Shown here piece by piece: positions 48,026-56,378 of a stretch of DNA of 64,000 nucleotides. The notes beneath the pieces were generated by a model. It had not been told where the DNA came from and ran no database searches. It saw only the letters and a program-made list of their open reading frames with translations. Both the position numbers and the translations under genes were made by a program. Source of the DNA: Myxococcota bacterium (lineage in GTDB: Bacteria > Myxococcota_A > Polyangia > Nannocystales > Nannocystaceae); assembly GCA_039028615.1 (NCBI GenBank), contig JBCCHT010000051.1:1-64000 (forward strand). The letters are read 5' to 3'. How positions within the stretch are numbered: the stretch's first letter is position 1; the number at the start of each line of letters is the position of its first letter.

Positions 48026-49849
48026 ATGATGGCCTCGGTGACGGGTGAGCGGAATACCGGCCAGGGGTGCGCCGTCCACTCGACCGTGGACGGCCTCTCG
48101 CCGAAGTCCGAGCTTCCGTCGCGGCGACAAGCAGCGTGGTGGCGCACGAAGGTCACGATTCACCAGGCGCGGCGCATCCTGGCCGATCTCGGGCCCCAGG
48201 GGCCGTCTCGCCATCGACCGTCGGCGAGCCTGCGAGACACGCCCGTGCTGGCCCGCTCGCAGACTGCGCTGTGGTCGACGAACCCGGGCCCGGAGTGGGT
48301 GCTCGAGGCGGGCAAGGTGGAGAACCTCCGCCGGGCGATCCGCTGCTTCGACGGCATCGAGGTGTCCGCGGGGCAGGTGCTGAGCTTCTGGGCCCAGGTG
48401 GGTCCGCCGTGGGCGATGCGGGGCTTCGTGGAGGGCCGAGAGGTCCGCGAGGGCTGCATCATCCCCTCCATCGCGGGCGGCCTGTGCCAGCTGTCCAACG
48501 CGCTGTACGACGTGGCTCGGCGTGCGGGGCTGGAGATCGTCGAACGGCATGCGCACTCGCGGGTCGTGCCGGGCTCGGCGGCGGCGGCCGGCCACGATGC
48601 CACGGTGATGTGGAACTACGTCGATCTGCGCGTGCGATCGACCCATGCGTTTCGAGTCGAGGCCGAGCTGGAGGCCGACGCCCTGGTGGTGCGCCTACGA
48701 GGCCTGGCTACGCCCCGCCCTTCGGCCATCCCCACGCCTCGACCCAGCTCGCCGCTACGGGTGGTCGGGGCGACCGATGGCGTGCGCAGCTGTCTGTCGT
48801 GCGAGCAGGACTGCCATCGGGCCCGGCCCGCTCCCACCACGCGCCAGGGTCACCGGGCGTGGTTGGTCGACGGCGTGTGGCCGGAGCACGACGCGTGGCT
48901 CCAAGCCGAGCGCGGGGCCGATGACGTCCTGCTGCTGCCGATCGACGGACGACGCTTCCGACGAGCCCGCTACGCCTGGACCACGCAGGGCTTCGCGGCC
49001 GTGCATGGGTTCCCGGCCCTGACCCTGCAGCGTGCGCTCGCGTCTCGGCGCCTGGCCGCGCAGGGGGCCGCCCGGCAGCGGGCCCAGCTACACCACGAGG
49101 CCCGGCTGGCTCAGGCGATGGCGGATCGCGTGCCTGCGTCCGCAACCCGCTTGGTCGTCGCCCAGAACCTGCTGCCGCACTTGTGGCGGGCGGGCGCCCT
49201 GGGGGGGCGGCGCTTCGAAGTCCTGATGACCCGGCCACCGATGACCCAGCTGCACGCGCAGCTCGACCGGGCGCATCGGCTTCACCCGCACAGCCCCACG
49301 CTCGCCGATTTCCGGGCCGACCCCGGGCTGATGGAGGCGGAGACCGAGGCCCTCGCCGCGGCCGACCGCATCGTCACGCCGCACGCCGGACTCGCGCGGA
49401 GCTTCGGGGAGCGCGCGGTGAAGCTGGGCTGGGCACGCCCGCCCACGACCCCCCGCTCGCCGAGTACCGCCGCCCGTCCGCGGCTCTGGCTGCCCGCGAG
49501 CACGCTCGGCCGCAAGGGGGTCTACGAGCTACGGGAGGCGCTGGAAGGGCTCGACGTCGACCTCGTGCTCGGCGGCCCCGTGCTCGAGGACCCAGACTTC
49601 TGGGGCCGCCCCACCCGGCGGGGAGGCCTCGAGGATGCGGACTGCGTCGTCCTGCCCGCCCACGTCGAGACCGCGCCCCGGCGGCTGCTCGCTGCGCTGG
49701 CGCGGGGCATTCCGGTCATCGCCAGCGATGCCTGCGGGCTCGAGCCCGAGCCGGGACTGACGGTCGTGCCCGTCGGAGACGCAGGCGCCCTGCGGGTGGC
49801 CCTCGCTCGCCACGTGGACGCCAAGGCGCCCGCCAGCTCGGTGGCCTGA
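48026..49849 (+). CDS. VanW-like domain fused to a glycosyltransferase-like C-terminal region (start may be ~48087)
   Basis: KVENL, LSFW, GGLCQLSNALY, ERHAHS, DATV.WNYVDL; C-terminal RKGVYEL...VVLPAHVE...GIPVIAS. Confidence 0.8.
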   Translation: MMASVTGERNTGQGCAVHSTVDGLSPKSELPSRRQAAWWRTKVTIHQARRILADLGPQGPSRHRPSASLRDTPVLARSQTALWSTNPGPEWVLEAGKVENLRRAIRCFDGIEVSAGQVLSFWAQVGPPWAMRGFVEGREVREGCIIPSIAGGLCQLSNALYDVARRAGLEIVERHAHSRVVPGSAAAAGHDATVMWNYVDLRVRSTHAFRVEAELEADALVVRLRGLATPRPSAIPTPRPSSPLRVVGATDGVRSCLSCEQDCHRARPAPTTRQGHRAWLVDGVWPEHDAWLQAERGADDVLLLPIDGRRFRRARYAWTTQGFAAVHGFPALTLQRALASRRLAAQGAARQRAQLHHEARLAQAMADRVPASATRLVVAQNLLPHLWRAGALGGRRFEVLMTRPPMTQLHAQLDRAHRLHPHSPTLADFRADPGLMEAETEALAAADRIVTPHAGLARSFGERAVKLGWARPPTTPRSPSTAARPRLWLPASTLGRKGVYELREALEGLDVDLVLGGPVLEDPDFWGRPTRRGGLEDADCVVLPAHVETAPRRLLAALARGIPVIASDACGLEPEPGLTVVPVGDAGALRVALARHVDAKAPASSVA

Positions 49850-49887
49850 CCGGGCATCCCGCCCACGACGGTCTATCCTTCGATCTC

Positions 49888-51033
49888 GTGTTCGAGGTCG
49901 CTTCGTCTGCCCCCCGATGGCGCCGGTCCTGGGATGTAATCCCCGTCGGTGGTCGCCGTTGGCCCGGTACGAGACGGAGCCGAAGGACGATCGCCACGCT
50001 CGCGTTGGGCATGGGGCTGGGGGTGACGCCTGCGGTCTCGGCCTACGTGGCGCCCGAGGACGGCGTCGATCTACGCTGGCAGGCGCCCGCGCGCTGCCCC
50101 TCGTCGGCGCAGGTGCAGGCGCGGCTGAGCGAGTCGCTGCCTCCGAACGCGGGGCCCACCGCGGTCGAGGTCCAGGTCCAGGCCGACGGTGGCGACACCC
50201 TGCAGGCCACCGCCGTGCTGCGCGGCAGCTGGGGCGAGACCACGCGAACGCTGCACAGCCCCACCTGCGAGACGCTCGTCGATGCGCTCGCGTTGCTGGT
50301 GAGCGTGTCCGTCACCGAAGCGCAGCCGCCCGAGCACCCCGAAGTCCCGCCCCCCGAGGTGCCTGCGGTGGAGCCCGAGCCCGAGCTCGAGCCCGAACCC
50401 GAGCTCGTCGACGATCCGCCCGCCGAGCCTCCGCCCCCGCAACCGAACGAGGCGACCGCCGACCCACTCTTTGCCGCGGCCGACCGCGAGCCCACCGACC
50501 CACCGCCACCCACCGTCGAAGGCCTCGCGCGGCTCGAGCTGCGGCTGGGCGGCGGTGTGCTCCCCGACGTCGATGCCAGCACCGCGCTGACCGTGGGCAT
50601 CGGCCGCGCATGGTTCCGAGCGGAGGTGGGCGGCGGCGCCTGGCTGCCACGACAACGGGAGATCGGGCCGCAGGCCAACGTGGGGATGCGGCTGTTCAGC
50701 GGGCACGCGCGGGCCTGCGTGGTCGCGCGTCCGGCCGCGGTGCCCTGGCTGCGCCCGGCTGCGTGCGCGGGGGCCGAGGCCGGGCTGCTGCAAGGTCGAG
50801 GGCAAGGCGAAGGCCTGACCAACCGCAGCGTGGTCAACCGGGCGTGGGCCGCGGCAATTGCGGGCTCGTTGCTCGAATTCCGTCCCTGGCGGCGACTGAG
50901 CTTCGTGCTCGGAGCCGAGCTGGTGGTCCCCCTGCGCCGTCTCAGCTTCACCCGAGACGGCACCGAGGAGATCCATCGCCCCGCCGTGGTGGCCGGCCGC
51001 GGGGTGGCCGGGGTGGAGGTTCATTTTCCGTGA
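49888..51033 (+). CDS. Exported hypothetical protein, C-terminal region resembling an outer-membrane beta-barrel (start uncertain)
   Basis: Signal-like segment; W.APARCP...TCETLVDALAL domain; Pro-rich linker; Gly-rich amphipathic strands ending GVEVHFP. Confidence 0.7.
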   Translation: MFEVASSAPRWRRSWDVIPVGGRRWPGTRRSRRTIATLALGMGLGVTPAVSAYVAPEDGVDLRWQAPARCPSSAQVQARLSESLPPNAGPTAVEVQVQADGGDTLQATAVLRGSWGETTRTLHSPTCETLVDALALLVSVSVTEAQPPEHPEVPPPEVPAVEPEPELEPEPELVDDPPAEPPPPQPNEATADPLFAAADREPTDPPPPTVEGLARLELRLGGGVLPDVDASTALTVGIGRAWFRAEVGGGAWLPRQREIGPQANVGMRLFSGHARACVVARPAAVPWLRPAACAGAEAGLLQGRGQGEGLTNRSVVNRAWAAAIAGSLLEFRPWRRLSFVLGAELVVPLRRLSFTRDGTEEIHRPAVVAGRGVAGVEVHFP

Positions 51034-51064
51034 CGGATCGGCTCCGCTCACCGGATGGGGGGTC
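51029..51064 (+). promoter_or_regulatory. Putative ECF promoter CGTGACGGA-N15-GGATG, 7 nt before the sigma ATG
   Basis: Same motif and spacing recur at 53120-53155. Confidence 0.7.
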
Positions 51065-51634
51065 ATGGCGCCGCTCGCCAAGACGATGACTCCCTCCCAC
51101 CTGCGCGTAGTACGCCAGGCACGGGAGTCTTCGTTCGAACAGGTCTACGCCGACCACTTCGATGCGGTGTGGCGATACCTGCGAGCGATGGGCGTGCCCG
51201 AGGACCACGTCGACGACGCGGCGCAGGACGTGTTCATGGTCGTGCACCGTCGGCTCCCCGATTTCGACCACGCTTCCCCGCTGCGGCGCTGGATCTTGGG
51301 GATCGCCCGCAAGATCGCGCTGAAGGTTCACGACCGTCGCCGTCGCCCGCCGCCCCGCCTGGCCGTCGTCGCCGAGCCGGACCCCGAGGCCGAAGATCTG
51401 GTGGCGCGGCGTGATGCGGCGGCCCTGGTGGCGCGCTTTTTAGAGACCCTCGAGCCCGGGCAACGCGAGGTCTTCGTGCTGGCGCAACTCGAAGACATGC
51501 CCGTGCCCGAGATCGCCTCGGCGCTCGGCCTCAAGCTCAATACCGCGTACTCGCGGCTTCGCCTCGCGCGACGTCGCTTCGATCGGGTGGTGGCTCGCCA
51601 CGCCGCCCAGCAGCGACCCCGGAGGACCCGATGA
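51065..51634 (+). CDS. ECF RNA polymerase sigma factor
   Basis: DDAAQDVF, LRRWILGIA, REVFVL...EIASALGLKLNTAYSRLRLAR. Confidence 0.93.
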   Translation: MAPLAKTMTPSHLRVVRQARESSFEQVYADHFDAVWRYLRAMGVPEDHVDDAAQDVFMVVHRRLPDFDHASPLRRWILGIARKIALKVHDRRRRPPPRLAVVAEPDPEAEDLVARRDAAALVARFLETLEPGQREVFVLAQLEDMPVPEIASALGLKLNTAYSRLRLARRRFDRVVARHAAQQRPRRTR

Positions 51635-52404
51635 GCCGCGACGATCTGCGAGCCGAGTACTGGGATGCCTACGAGGACGGCCTCGCCCCGCCCCCCGGCT
51701 CGGCCGCGCGCAACCTGGCCCGGATCCGCGAGCGCATCGCGGCGGGTGAGGCCGTCGAGCCCAGCCGCCCACGGCCCGAGCGTCGCCGGGCGGTGGCCGG
51801 GGCCGGCGCGGGCGTGCTGTTATGGGGCAAGGCGGCCGCGGTCACGGTGGGGATCAGCATCGCGGCCGTGGTCTCGCTCAAGCTCGCGGTGGTGGCGTGG
51901 ACGGGCACCACGACGAGCGAGCCCAACGAGGGTCCGGCCGAGGGCCAACCAGCCGTCACCGCGCCCGCCCAGCCGCGAGCCAAGCCATCGCCGCGGGCTC
52001 CCGCCCAGGAGCCCAGCCCCATCGCGCCCGCACCCGCGGAAACCAGCCCCCGTCCGGCCGAGCCCACCACGACAATTACGCCGCGGCCCGGCCCCGCGCG
52101 GACGGCCAAGAACGCGAGCACGCTCGATACCCTGCGTGCCGAGGTCACGCTCATGGAACGCGCTCGTGCGGCGCTGACCCGGGGTGACACGACCGCGCTT
52201 TCGAAGCTGCTGCGGCAGCACGCCGATCGCTTCCCCACCGGAGCCTTGACCGAAGAGCGCGAAGCCTGGCGCGCGGTGGTGGCCTGCCGCACGCAGGCGG
52301 CCGACGCCTCGAGCCGGGCGAGCCGATTCCTACGCGAGCACCCCGATTCCCCGCAGGCGGCCCGGGTCCGCAGCGAGTGCGTCCCCGTACGCAAGGTCCG
52401 ATGA
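51631..52404 (+). CDS. Putative membrane-anchored anti-sigma factor with C-terminal TPR-like domain
   Basis: ATGA overlap with the ECF gene; TM helix; Pro-rich linker; LRAEVTLMERAR...HADRFP.G.L.EERE...FLREHPDSP. Confidence 0.72.
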   Translation: MSRDDLRAEYWDAYEDGLAPPPGSAARNLARIRERIAAGEAVEPSRPRPERRRAVAGAGAGVLLWGKAAAVTVGISIAAVVSLKLAVVAWTGTTTSEPNEGPAEGQPAVTAPAQPRAKPSPRAPAQEPSPIAPAPAETSPRPAEPTTTITPRPGPARTAKNASTLDTLRAEVTLMERARAALTRGDTTALSKLLRQHADRFPTGALTEEREAWRAVVACRTQAADASSRASRFLREHPDSPQAARVRSECVPVRKVR

Positions 52405-52415
52405 TCGGGGCCCGT

Positions 52416-53060
52416 TCACGACGGCGATGCCCCGCCGGGGATCGACCGGCTTCGCTCGGAGGCCGTCTTCAACAAGTAGGTCGGCCCCGGCTCCCACAAC
52501 ACGAGGCACTCCCCGCGCGGCGACTCGACCACGAACACCCGCTCGGGCTCGGGCTGCGCCTCGCTTCGCCCCATTACCACCCGCAGCGCCCGTCGCCCCT
52601 CGAAATCCGAGAGCCACAACCAGAGCTCCCAGGCGGGCATCGCCGGGCCGTCGCCGGCCCGATGCATGATCGCCGCGACGCGCTCGGGCACGACCCAGCG
52701 CGCGGGCCCTTCGGCGAGCCCCTGCATGCGTCCTTCGTTGCGGCGCCGCATCGTGCGAAAGAACAGCCACAGGGGCAGCAGCACGAACAGCGAAAGCCCC
52801 AGCCCCACGCCCAGCAGCAGGCCCACGACATCGGTCGCCCAGGCCCGTCCGCGGGCGAGGGCGACGAGCTGGAACACCGCGAGCCCGAGGTAGGGCACGA
52901 GCACGATGCCCGCGGTGATGAGCCAGGAGAGCCGCGCCGAGCCGACGTACTCGTCCCAGTAGCCCTTCACCTCGGGCGCGGCCTCGTCGAACGAACGCGG
53001 GGCGGGCTGCTCGAAGAACCGCTGCAGCGCCTCCCATCGCGCCCGACGCTGCGCCAGCAT
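52416..53060 (-). CDS. Hypothetical membrane protein with two TM helices
   Basis: Two hydrophobic segments; fills the gap between the anti-sigma and TSP3 genes. Confidence 0.55.
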   Translation of the reverse strand: MLAQRRARWEALQRFFEQPAPRSFDEAAPEVKGYWDEYVGSARLSWLITAGIVLVPYLGLAVFQLVALARGRAWATDVVGLLLGVGLGLSLFVLLPLWLFFRTMRRRNEGRMQGLAEGPARWVVPERVAAIMHRAGDGPAMPAWELWLWLSDFEGRRALRVVMGRSEAQPEPERVFVVESPRGECLVLWEPGPTYLLKTASERSRSIPGGASPS

Positions 53061-53119
53061 TGCAGATCCGTATCACGGACCACGCGACCGCGGCGAATCC
53101 ATCCCACGGTGCACGATCG

Positions 53120-53155
53120 CGTGACGGACCCGAAGCCCTCGCGGGATGTGGGGAC
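53120..53155 (+). promoter_or_regulatory. Putative ECF promoter CGTGACGGA-N15-GGATG, 7 nt before the lipoprotein ATG
   Basis: Identical boxes and spacing to 51029-51064. Confidence 0.7.
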
Positions 53156-54649
53156 ATGAATCGTCGAAGCATTGGAACTTGGACTCTCGTGTTGGGCCTC
53201 AGCGGGGTCGCGTGCGGGGTGGTGCCCGGCAACGTCGGCGACCTACCGGGCGACTCGGCCGAGGCCAGCTCCACGGGAGAACAGCCGCAAGACGCCACGG
53301 AGACGGGCAATGCCGACGAGACCGCCGACGGCAGCAGCGGAGCCACCACCGAGCCCGCCCCTTCGAATTGCGGACCCACGGGCCCCACGTGCATCGAAGA
53401 CGAAGACGGTGACTGCGTCGGGATTGCCGAAGACAACGCCCCGGACGTCTACAACCCAGACCAGGGCGACATGGACGACGACGACATCGCCGACCTCGTC
53501 GATCCCTGCCCCACGATCGCGTCCATCGGCGACAGCGACAGCGACGGCCTGGGCAACGAGTGCGACCCTTGCCGCCGCATCGCCGAGACCTACAACATCC
53601 CAGAGGCCGCGCCCTTCGGGTACATGCGCGTGCGCAACATCCCCTCCATCGCCGATGCGGACGGCGACGGGATCGGCGATGCCTGTGACAACTGCATCCA
53701 CGTGCCCAACTGCCAGAACTACGACGAGAACAACCCCTGGCTGCCCGGATCCGAGATCGCCTACGACGACCCCACGCAGTGCCAGACCGACACCGATCAG
53801 AACATGGTGGGCGATGCCTGCGAGGGCCTGCCGCCCATGCCCGGCGCCGCGGCGCCCGTGGGCCTCGGGCCCGACGACGACTTCGACCAAGATGGTCTGA
53901 CCAACGTCGTCGATGCCTGCCCCCGCTCGATGCTCGCCGACGCGATCGCCTGCAGCACCGACGAGGATTGCCCCTTCAACCGAAAGTGCGAGACGGCGGC
54001 GGGCCTGTGTGACCACCTCGACACCGACGCCGATGGTGTCGGGGATGCCTGTGACACTTGCCCGACCGTCGAAAACCCGATGCAGGCTGCCGACGAGTTC
54101 GGGGCCGAAGACGACGACCCCGACGGCGACTTCATCGGCAGCGCCTGCGAGGCCAACGCGCAGTGCGACATTGTGACGGCCCCGGCCCGGGTCGCGTTCT
54201 ATCCGGTGGCGGTCGAAGGCCAGTGCTGCACGGTGCAATATCGCGGCGACATCGGCTTCGATCCCGACGGCGTGCCCATCCGCCTCGACTGCGGGGGAGA
54301 AGGGCCCGAGTCGTGCCGCGAGGTCCCCCTCAATGCCGCCTTCGCGCCGGGCGTGACCGCGCTCCCGCCCGGCTGCGACGAGGCGCTCGCGGCCGCGGGC
54401 CTCACCGTCGAAACGCACAACGACTTGAACGCCAACGACGTCGGGGGCGTGGCCGAGCTGTGGCAGTACAGCTGCCGGGTCCCGCCCTCCGATCAGGACT
54501 TCGACGGCCTGCCCGATCGGTGCGACCTGTGCCCGCTCGCCTTCGACCCGGAGAACACCCCGTACATCGACGACGGCGGCAAGCTGTGGCCCAACGACGG
54601 GGCCTACTGCAACGGCGCCTACTCGCTCGACAACATCTGCGGGCAGTAG
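53156..54649 (+). CDS. Thrombospondin type 3 repeat lipoprotein
   Basis: Lipobox GVAC; many DxDxDG(I/V/L)GD(A/E)CDxC repeats. Confidence 0.88.
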   Translation: MNRRSIGTWTLVLGLSGVACGVVPGNVGDLPGDSAEASSTGEQPQDATETGNADETADGSSGATTEPAPSNCGPTGPTCIEDEDGDCVGIAEDNAPDVYNPDQGDMDDDDIADLVDPCPTIASIGDSDSDGLGNECDPCRRIAETYNIPEAAPFGYMRVRNIPSIADADGDGIGDACDNCIHVPNCQNYDENNPWLPGSEIAYDDPTQCQTDTDQNMVGDACEGLPPMPGAAAPVGLGPDDDFDQDGLTNVVDACPRSMLADAIACSTDEDCPFNRKCETAAGLCDHLDTDADGVGDACDTCPTVENPMQAADEFGAEDDDPDGDFIGSACEANAQCDIVTAPARVAFYPVAVEGQCCTVQYRGDIGFDPDGVPIRLDCGGEGPESCREVPLNAAFAPGVTALPPGCDEALAAAGLTVETHNDLNANDVGGVAELWQYSCRVPPSDQDFDGLPDRCDLCPLAFDPENTPYIDDGGKLWPNDGAYCNGAYSLDNICGQ

Positions 54650-54666
54650 TCGGCAGCCAGACGCAC

Positions 54667-54706
54667 GAACGGCTCGAGGGCGAACCTTCGAGCCGTTCTT
54701 CATTTT
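54667..54706 (+). terminator. Intrinsic terminator
   Basis: GAACGGCTCGAGGG-CGAA-CCTTCGAGCCGTTC followed by TTCATTTT. Confidence 0.8.
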
Positions 54707-54759
54707 CGCGTGCCGGGCGAACGCCCCCCGCGAGCCAACCACCCGGCGTGGCGTCGGGG

Positions 54760-55176
54760 CTAGGCGAGGATGCGTCGCGTGGCGGCGATGGTGCCCCGGA
54801 CTTCGCGACGACGCGTGCGATGGTCACCACCGAGCGCGGCGATGTAGAGCACCTCGTCGTGCAGCTCCATGGTGTCGACCGACAGCTCGCACAGCTCACC
54901 GCCTCGGCGTACGCGAGGCACCGCGCGCCCTCGACCCACGATGGGCGTCACCGCGGCGAGCATGCTCAGATCGAGCTCGGTCTTGCTCTGGGCGACCACC
55001 ATGCCCTCGTCGTCCACCACCAGCACCGCATCCAGCTCGCCTCGGTTGGCCGCGCTCTGCAGGGCCAGATCGAGCGCATCGGCCGCGTGCTCGGAGCGGT
55101 TCTTACGGCGCTCGTACGTGGGACGACCGGGGCGAGGCAGGGGACGAAGGCGAAGGCGGGGCTGCTCCATCTGCAT
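54760..55176 (-). CDS. Roadblock/LC7-like small protein
   Basis: LDAVLVVDDEGMVVAQS...LSMLAAV pattern. Confidence 0.6.
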   Translation of the reverse strand: MQMEQPRLRLRPLPRPGRPTYERRKNRSEHAADALDLALQSAANRGELDAVLVVDDEGMVVAQSKTELDLSMLAAVTPIVGRGRAVPRVRRGGELCELSVDTMELHDEVLYIAALGGDHRTRRREVRGTIAATRRILA

Positions 55177-55241
55177 GTGCACACACTATCCTACCTTTCA
55201 CGACCCTCCGATTTTTCGGCGAAACGCGTATCCTGCCCATC

Positions 55242-55583
55242 GTGCCGACCCCGGTGGACGTCGCTCTATCGCGTAGCAAAGGCGAGCTGCGTATCGAATG
55301 GGAGGACGGGAGCTTCTCGACGCTGCCGATCCATTACATCCGAGCGTGGTGCCCCTGTGCCGGATGCCAAGGCCACGGCACTGTGGTTCGCTACCAAGCC
55401 GCCGACCCGGAGATCGGGATCGAGCTCATGGCGGAGGCGGGTGCATACGCCCTGCATCTCAAATTCTCCGACGGCCACGACAGTGGCATCTACACCTGGG
55501 ATTGGCTGCAGCGGATCGCCCCGGAAAGCGCTCCGGCGGGCTACAAACATGGGTCCTTCCAAAAGGGCCAATTCCAGGCCTAG
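55242..55583 (+). CDS. DUF971 (GBBH-like N-terminal) metal-binding protein
   Basis: IEWEDG, CPCAGC, AYAL..KFSDGHDSGIYTWDWL. Confidence 0.9.
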   Translation: MPTPVDVALSRSKGELRIEWEDGSFSTLPIHYIRAWCPCAGCQGHGTVVRYQAADPEIGIELMAEAGAYALHLKFSDGHDSGIYTWDWLQRIAPESAPAGYKHGSFQKGQFQA

Positions 55584-55670
55584 GACCCGGTTTGGCGGCC
55601 CGCTTCGGAGTCCTGCGGCGAAGCGCGTGAGTGGTCGCATGTTGGTTGCCATGCGGTTACACTCCGCGCC

Positions 55671-56378
55671 ATGGCAGTCGACGCCGCCGAGAGTGAGCTC
55701 ATCGCCAAATCGCTCAAGCGCTGGGCAGGGTGGGACAGGATCCCTGACGACGTCCTCAACGAGCTGTGCTCCAGTGCCGAACTCCAGGAGATCAAGCGCA
55801 AGCGCTCCGTGTTTCGCCGCGGCGAGCCCGGCCCCGGTTTGTTCCTGGTCAAGTCGGGCGAGTTCAAGCTCAGCCTGATCTCCAGCGAAGGCCGCGAGCA
55901 GATCCTCTATCTCGCCGAGCCGGGCAAGCTCATCGGTGAGGGCTTCCTCCCCGGCGACGTGCAGGCGGCGGCGTCCGCGTTCGCGATGGTGGACTCGGAG
56001 ATCTGGCGCTTCGAGACCGAGGTCACGGTCAAGCTGATCGCGCGCTCCGAGGAGCTGGCGTTTGCGCTCATGCGACAAATGGCCTTCCGCGCCAACCGCC
56101 TCATCGACCTCGTGCTCGACCTTTCGTTGCGCTCCGTCGAGCGGCGGCTCGCTTCGTTCCTCTTTACGCTCGCGGTGCGCAACGGCGCCGAGCAGGGCAC
56201 GCCGTGCGTCATTCCGCGGCAGCTCGACATGAACACGGTCGCCGCGCGGCTGGGCACCGTTCGCGAGGAAATCTCGCGCGCCCTCAACCGCATGCAGCGC
56301 AACGGAATCCTCAGCCTCAGTCGCCAAGAGATCGTGGTCCAGGATCTCGGCGCACTCGAGCGCGTGACCTACGAGTGA
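55671..56378 (+). CDS. Crp/Fnr family transcriptional regulator
   Basis: VFRRGEP, LVKSG, GREQIL, IGE; VERRLA; HTH LGTVREEISR; no FNR-type N-terminal Cys cluster. Confidence 0.93.
   Translation: MAVDAAESELIAKSLKRWAGWDRIPDDVLNELCSSAELQEIKRKRSVFRRGEPGPGLFLVKSGEFKLSLISSEGREQILYLAEPGKLIGEGFLPGDVQAAASAFAMVDSEIWRFETEVTVKLIARSEELAFALMRQMAFRANRLIDLVLDLSLRSVERRLASFLFTLAVRNGAEQGTPCVIPRQLDMNTVAARLGTVREEISRALNRMQRNGILSLSRQEIVVQDLGALERVTYE

Noticed and set aside
48026..49849. Vancomycin resistance cluster
   Set aside because: No vanH/A/B/X/R/S genes are present; the VanW domain alone does not indicate resistance.
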